From the human T2T-CHM13v2.0 reference genome, Homo sapiens, in NCBI RefSeq assembly GCF_009914755.1, contig NC_060934.1: a stretch of DNA of 64,000 nt, one strand, 5' to 3'. A program made the position numbers and the translations under genes. Position 1 is the first letter of the stretch; each line of letters starts with the position of its first letter. This document shows, piece after piece, positions 60,313-64,000 of the stretch. The notes under the pieces were generated by a model. It made no database searches and had not been told where the DNA came from. It worked only from the letters and a program-made list of their open reading frames with translations.

Positions 60313-60989
60313 CTAATAGAAACCTCATGTGTAGAAGTTTATGTAGTTAACTTCAATAATTCTGTGTGAATAAGTGGATTAAGTGCTTTATGTTTTCAAA
60401 CTTTACACTCAAGCCTGTCCAATAAATCTATAAGTCCAAAACTAGAATTATTTTTCCTTAAATATTCCAATGTTCCAGGGAGTAGATAATGCTTTTTGCA
60501 GATTACTCTGTTAAAGGCTATTAGGGGATACCCCTTCTTAGAAACAGCTAAAGTCTAACCACGGACACAGGAGGACTCTCAAATTTGTTTATTAGATCCA
60601 TATCCTTCCTCGGGTTTCTTGTCACTTCTCCTGTCTTTCCAGTAAAGCCCACTGAAGGAAGAAAAAGCTGCGTCTTCATCTTCACTGTGACCTAATTTTT
60701 CTTATGTTCCATGCAACAGTGAGTTCAAAATCAAGCTACAGTGATCTGCCTGGAAACAATGATCAGTAAAATCCAGGGTAAAATCATGAAAAACAGAAAC
60801 ATAACCTAATAAAAGTGAGAGCTAGGATATTCTCTTGAACCAAAGCAAAGGAAGCAGAAAGAGTAAGAAGATGTTAAATCCTATATATATATTTTTAAAA
60901 TAGAATGGAAGGAATTCACTAAATAATTGAATATGAAGTTTGAGAAATAGAGGAGCTAAACGTGTTATTAATACGTAAGTTTTTTTTTG

Positions 60990-61490
60990 TTTGAGCTACT
61001 GAAAATTGGAGGTTCCATTTATTATATGGTGTAAGTTCTAATATGAACAAATTTGGGAGTAGGAATCAAGAATTCTATTTTGATTGTGTTCAATTAGAGA
61101 GCCTATTTAGATATCCAAGAGGCAACCTTAACTAGTTCATGGTATCTGTGAATCTAGAATTCAGTAGACTTATCAGATCTAAAGATATTAGTTTGGAAGT
61201 TTTAGAAATTATATATTATATTTTGATTATGTAATGATTATATTTTTGATTATATTAATTATTATGATTTTACAAATGACTTTCAAATCCAAGAAACAAA
61301 TAATGTTACCTAGGAAATGAGTTTAGACGAAGGCAAGAAGTATTTAAGAATCCGAACTCAGTATCAATTCAATACAAACTCTAAAATTTAGAAGCTAGGA
61401 AGAAATAAATAAAATAATCTGAAATGGAACACCTAATGAGGTAGAAGAAAAATTAAAGAAAGAAGAGTTGTAGGAGCCAAAAGAAAAAGT
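60990..61490 (-). mobile_element. L2 fragment
   Basis: ggaatcaagaattctattttgattgtgttcaattagagagcctatttagatatccaag...gtgaatctagaattcag. Confidence 0.6.
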
Positions 61491-62124
61491 CATATAATGA
61501 AATATATTCTATATCTAATTTAGAAAACCAAAAGACTTATGATATAACACTATGTACGTAAAAAACTGGGTATTAAACAGACATAATATTAAATCAACAG
61601 CACGTTTCCGTAAATGTTTTCATGTACATCAAAAAATTCTAGAAAACTTTGTAAGAATTAATGAATGCCTTTAGAAAGTAGCAGAGAAAAGAATGGGGAA
61701 GTTGGAAAGTAATTTTTTTAAACTCATTTTGATTAACAAAATATAAGTATCATTTTTGTAATAAACATTGTTGAAAGAAATCTCTTAATATGGATAGATA
61801 TAATACATAAAATTATTTGCAAAATACACTTTAACAAATATTTCATATTTATACAAGTTTTTGTTTTTATGTTATAGTTCTTAATTTTAAAAACATGATT
61901 AAAAAGTCATGAAATTTTTACATGTTTATAAACTCTTACTTTTATTTATAAATAAAATTCCCTAAGCAAATGGGTCCAAAGCAAATAATAATGAAACTGA
62001 TTTCTAATTCATCTGATACAAATAACAACAAGCCAGTCTCATTCAATATTCCTAATAATTAAAAAGGAGAGCAGCATTTTACACCAGGAGAAAAACACAA
62101 CTAAAAGGTAGAGATTTTAAGATG

Positions 62125-62290
62125 GTGGTGTCAACTCTATCACTTGTGTAATGTCGGGTAAGTCACATAATTTCTCTTTGCTCAAATTTCTTAGTCCAGG
62201 TAAATGAGATGATAATGATGCCAACACATTTATCTTGGTTTCACAAAGTAATGATTAGATGGGGTAATATAAGTCAAACTGATTTGGAAA
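62125..62290. mobile_element. MIR
   Basis: gggtaagtcacataatttctctttgctcaaatttc...gtaaatgagatgataatg. Confidence 0.6.
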
Positions 62291-63644
62291 ACAGAAAACT
62301 TATTAGACCCCATAAATTGCTGTCAGTATTTAAATCATTGTCTTGCATATAAATTAAGTCTCTGACTGTTTGTTTCTCAAATATTTACTACAGAAATTAT
62401 GATCCCACAGGTATATTTTATAACTTAATATTTATTGACTTTTTACCTTCATAATATTTGGAAAGAAAATTTTAAATTACATGTGATTTACTTACTCTAA
62501 GATTGCTGAAGAGCTCAAAGCTGTTCCCTAAACAGAATCCTTTAAAAGTCCCCTTCCCTTTCACTGCCTCCAGTGATAAGAATTTAATCAATTCATACAA
62601 AAATGAAGCCTAACTTGCTTAAGCAGCTCTTATCACTCAGACATTATTTTCATCAGAGTCAACATGTATTTTGCTCTTTATTCATTTTGTCCAATTTACT
62701 TTTAGTTCTTTGTCCATGTAGCTGTTACAGTATAGATTATATCTCAAAATAAATCACTTTTCTAATAGGAAGTTCCTCATACCTACAAAAAGACACAGTA
62801 TTTTATTGAAGTATGGTTAACACCTAACTCCTGGAATTATATTTGGCCACATTAAAATTATTGTCCATAAGATATACCTAACTAACATGTGAATTGTGAC
62901 TAATGTGAACACAGCAGAATACCTCTTTTTCATCTATTCTGGCCTACTGAGGTATTAATATTTAGTAACAATTGGAATATAAAATATTAAGGAGTTAAGA
63001 CAAAAGCATTTGCCATAATAAACTATTCTCTCCTATATGGGTTTGGAGTAGGGAAAACATGGCAGTGTTATGATGGCTAGACTTCTTTAAGGCAGTTACC
63101 ATTGTCACATAGAACCCTGGATGAACAATCATTTCAAGAACTATAATAATTCATCAATTCTGCTATAGAAGAGATCACTCCCAGGACAGCACATTGTCCC
63201 CAGACTTCTTACCCAGACAACTTCAGTGAAAAAAAGATCATGAGCCAGTTCTACAGTGGAGAAACAATGCTATGAATGTTATTTTTTGAAAACATAGATG
63301 TTGGGGAAAGATACTAGGAGGGATATTGAAAAAACACTCTTAAAACCTACTTCTATGATTCCAGCATCAGAGATGGAATTCAGAACAGTTACAAACTGTT
63401 GCAGTTCCTACAATTTTGGTTTCTCGGTGTGAGGAGGCAAGTTACCAGAAAAATGGTTCTTTTTACTTTACCAGTCCTTTCCATGTCAATCTTTTATTTT
63501 TCAGTGTTCTAGTTTACAACTTGCCATAAGAGCTAATAATAAGTGTAAGTGGTTAATGAATTATTCCTGCAGAGGCACTGATTTAGGTTCATTTTTTTTC
63601 TAGTATATTGTCCTCAGAATTTGCTATTTTTGGGTTATTATAAA

Positions 63645-63748
63645 CATTTGATCATTAAACATTGGATGCATGTATCAAAATATCACATGGATCCCATACA
63701 TATGTATAATTGTTGTTTATTCATAAAAATTAGAAAAGAGAAAAAATC
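63645..63748 (+). mobile_element. L1MA extreme 3' end
   Basis: ttgatcattaaacattggatgcatgtatcaaaatatcacatggatcccatacatatgtataatt followed by an A-rich tail. Confidence 0.7.
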
Positions 63749-64000
63749 TTACATTGCAGAATAGAATTAATTTTAAAATTAGATAGAAATTTGTGACTAT
63801 TAAGGAGCTTCATTTCTTTTTTTCTCTAGAGGATTTTGCTCTTTAAATATATTTGAGTAGTAATTTATTCCTTTTGAAAGCTTTAATCAGTATCTAAAGC
63901 CATGAGGTCCTAACAGTAACTATTATTAAGACTGCTATGGACCAGTGAAACCTCTGGTAATTGAGAAGTTAATTTACCTTCTTACTACTATCTTCCTTAA

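Overview
This is AT-rich, CpG-poor primate genomic DNA, human or great ape judging by the AluY, L1PA2/3, LTR12 and THE1 content. It is either intergenic or lies inside a large intron. I recognise no protein-coding host gene, RNA gene, CpG island or prokaryotic system. Every long ORF is an L1 ORF2 remnant, and the short ORFs are TE-derived or chance. Roughly half the window is recognisable transposable elements: young L1PA copies (two with 5' inversions, one with a large internal deletion), old L1M/L2/MIR, Alus, MaLR/ERV1/ERVL LTRs, and hAT/Tigger DNA transposons. Family and subfamily names come from recalled consensus sequences and were not computed. The best observations are: (1) a single MER53 MITE, identified by its 8-bp TSD, split by a ~1.1 kb multi-element block that looks like an ancient L1 3' transduction ending at an MLT1 LTR poly(A) site; (2) a back-to-back pair of solo LTRs, LTR12 (CCAAT array) and MER61 (near-consensus p53 element), that could form a composite divergent promoter, with candidate splice sites downstream; (3) an orphan poly(A)-tailed insert inside a THE1D LTR; (4) templated-insertion repair scars inside L1s. 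I do not see evidence for a wholly new biological system; these are locus-level curiosities.
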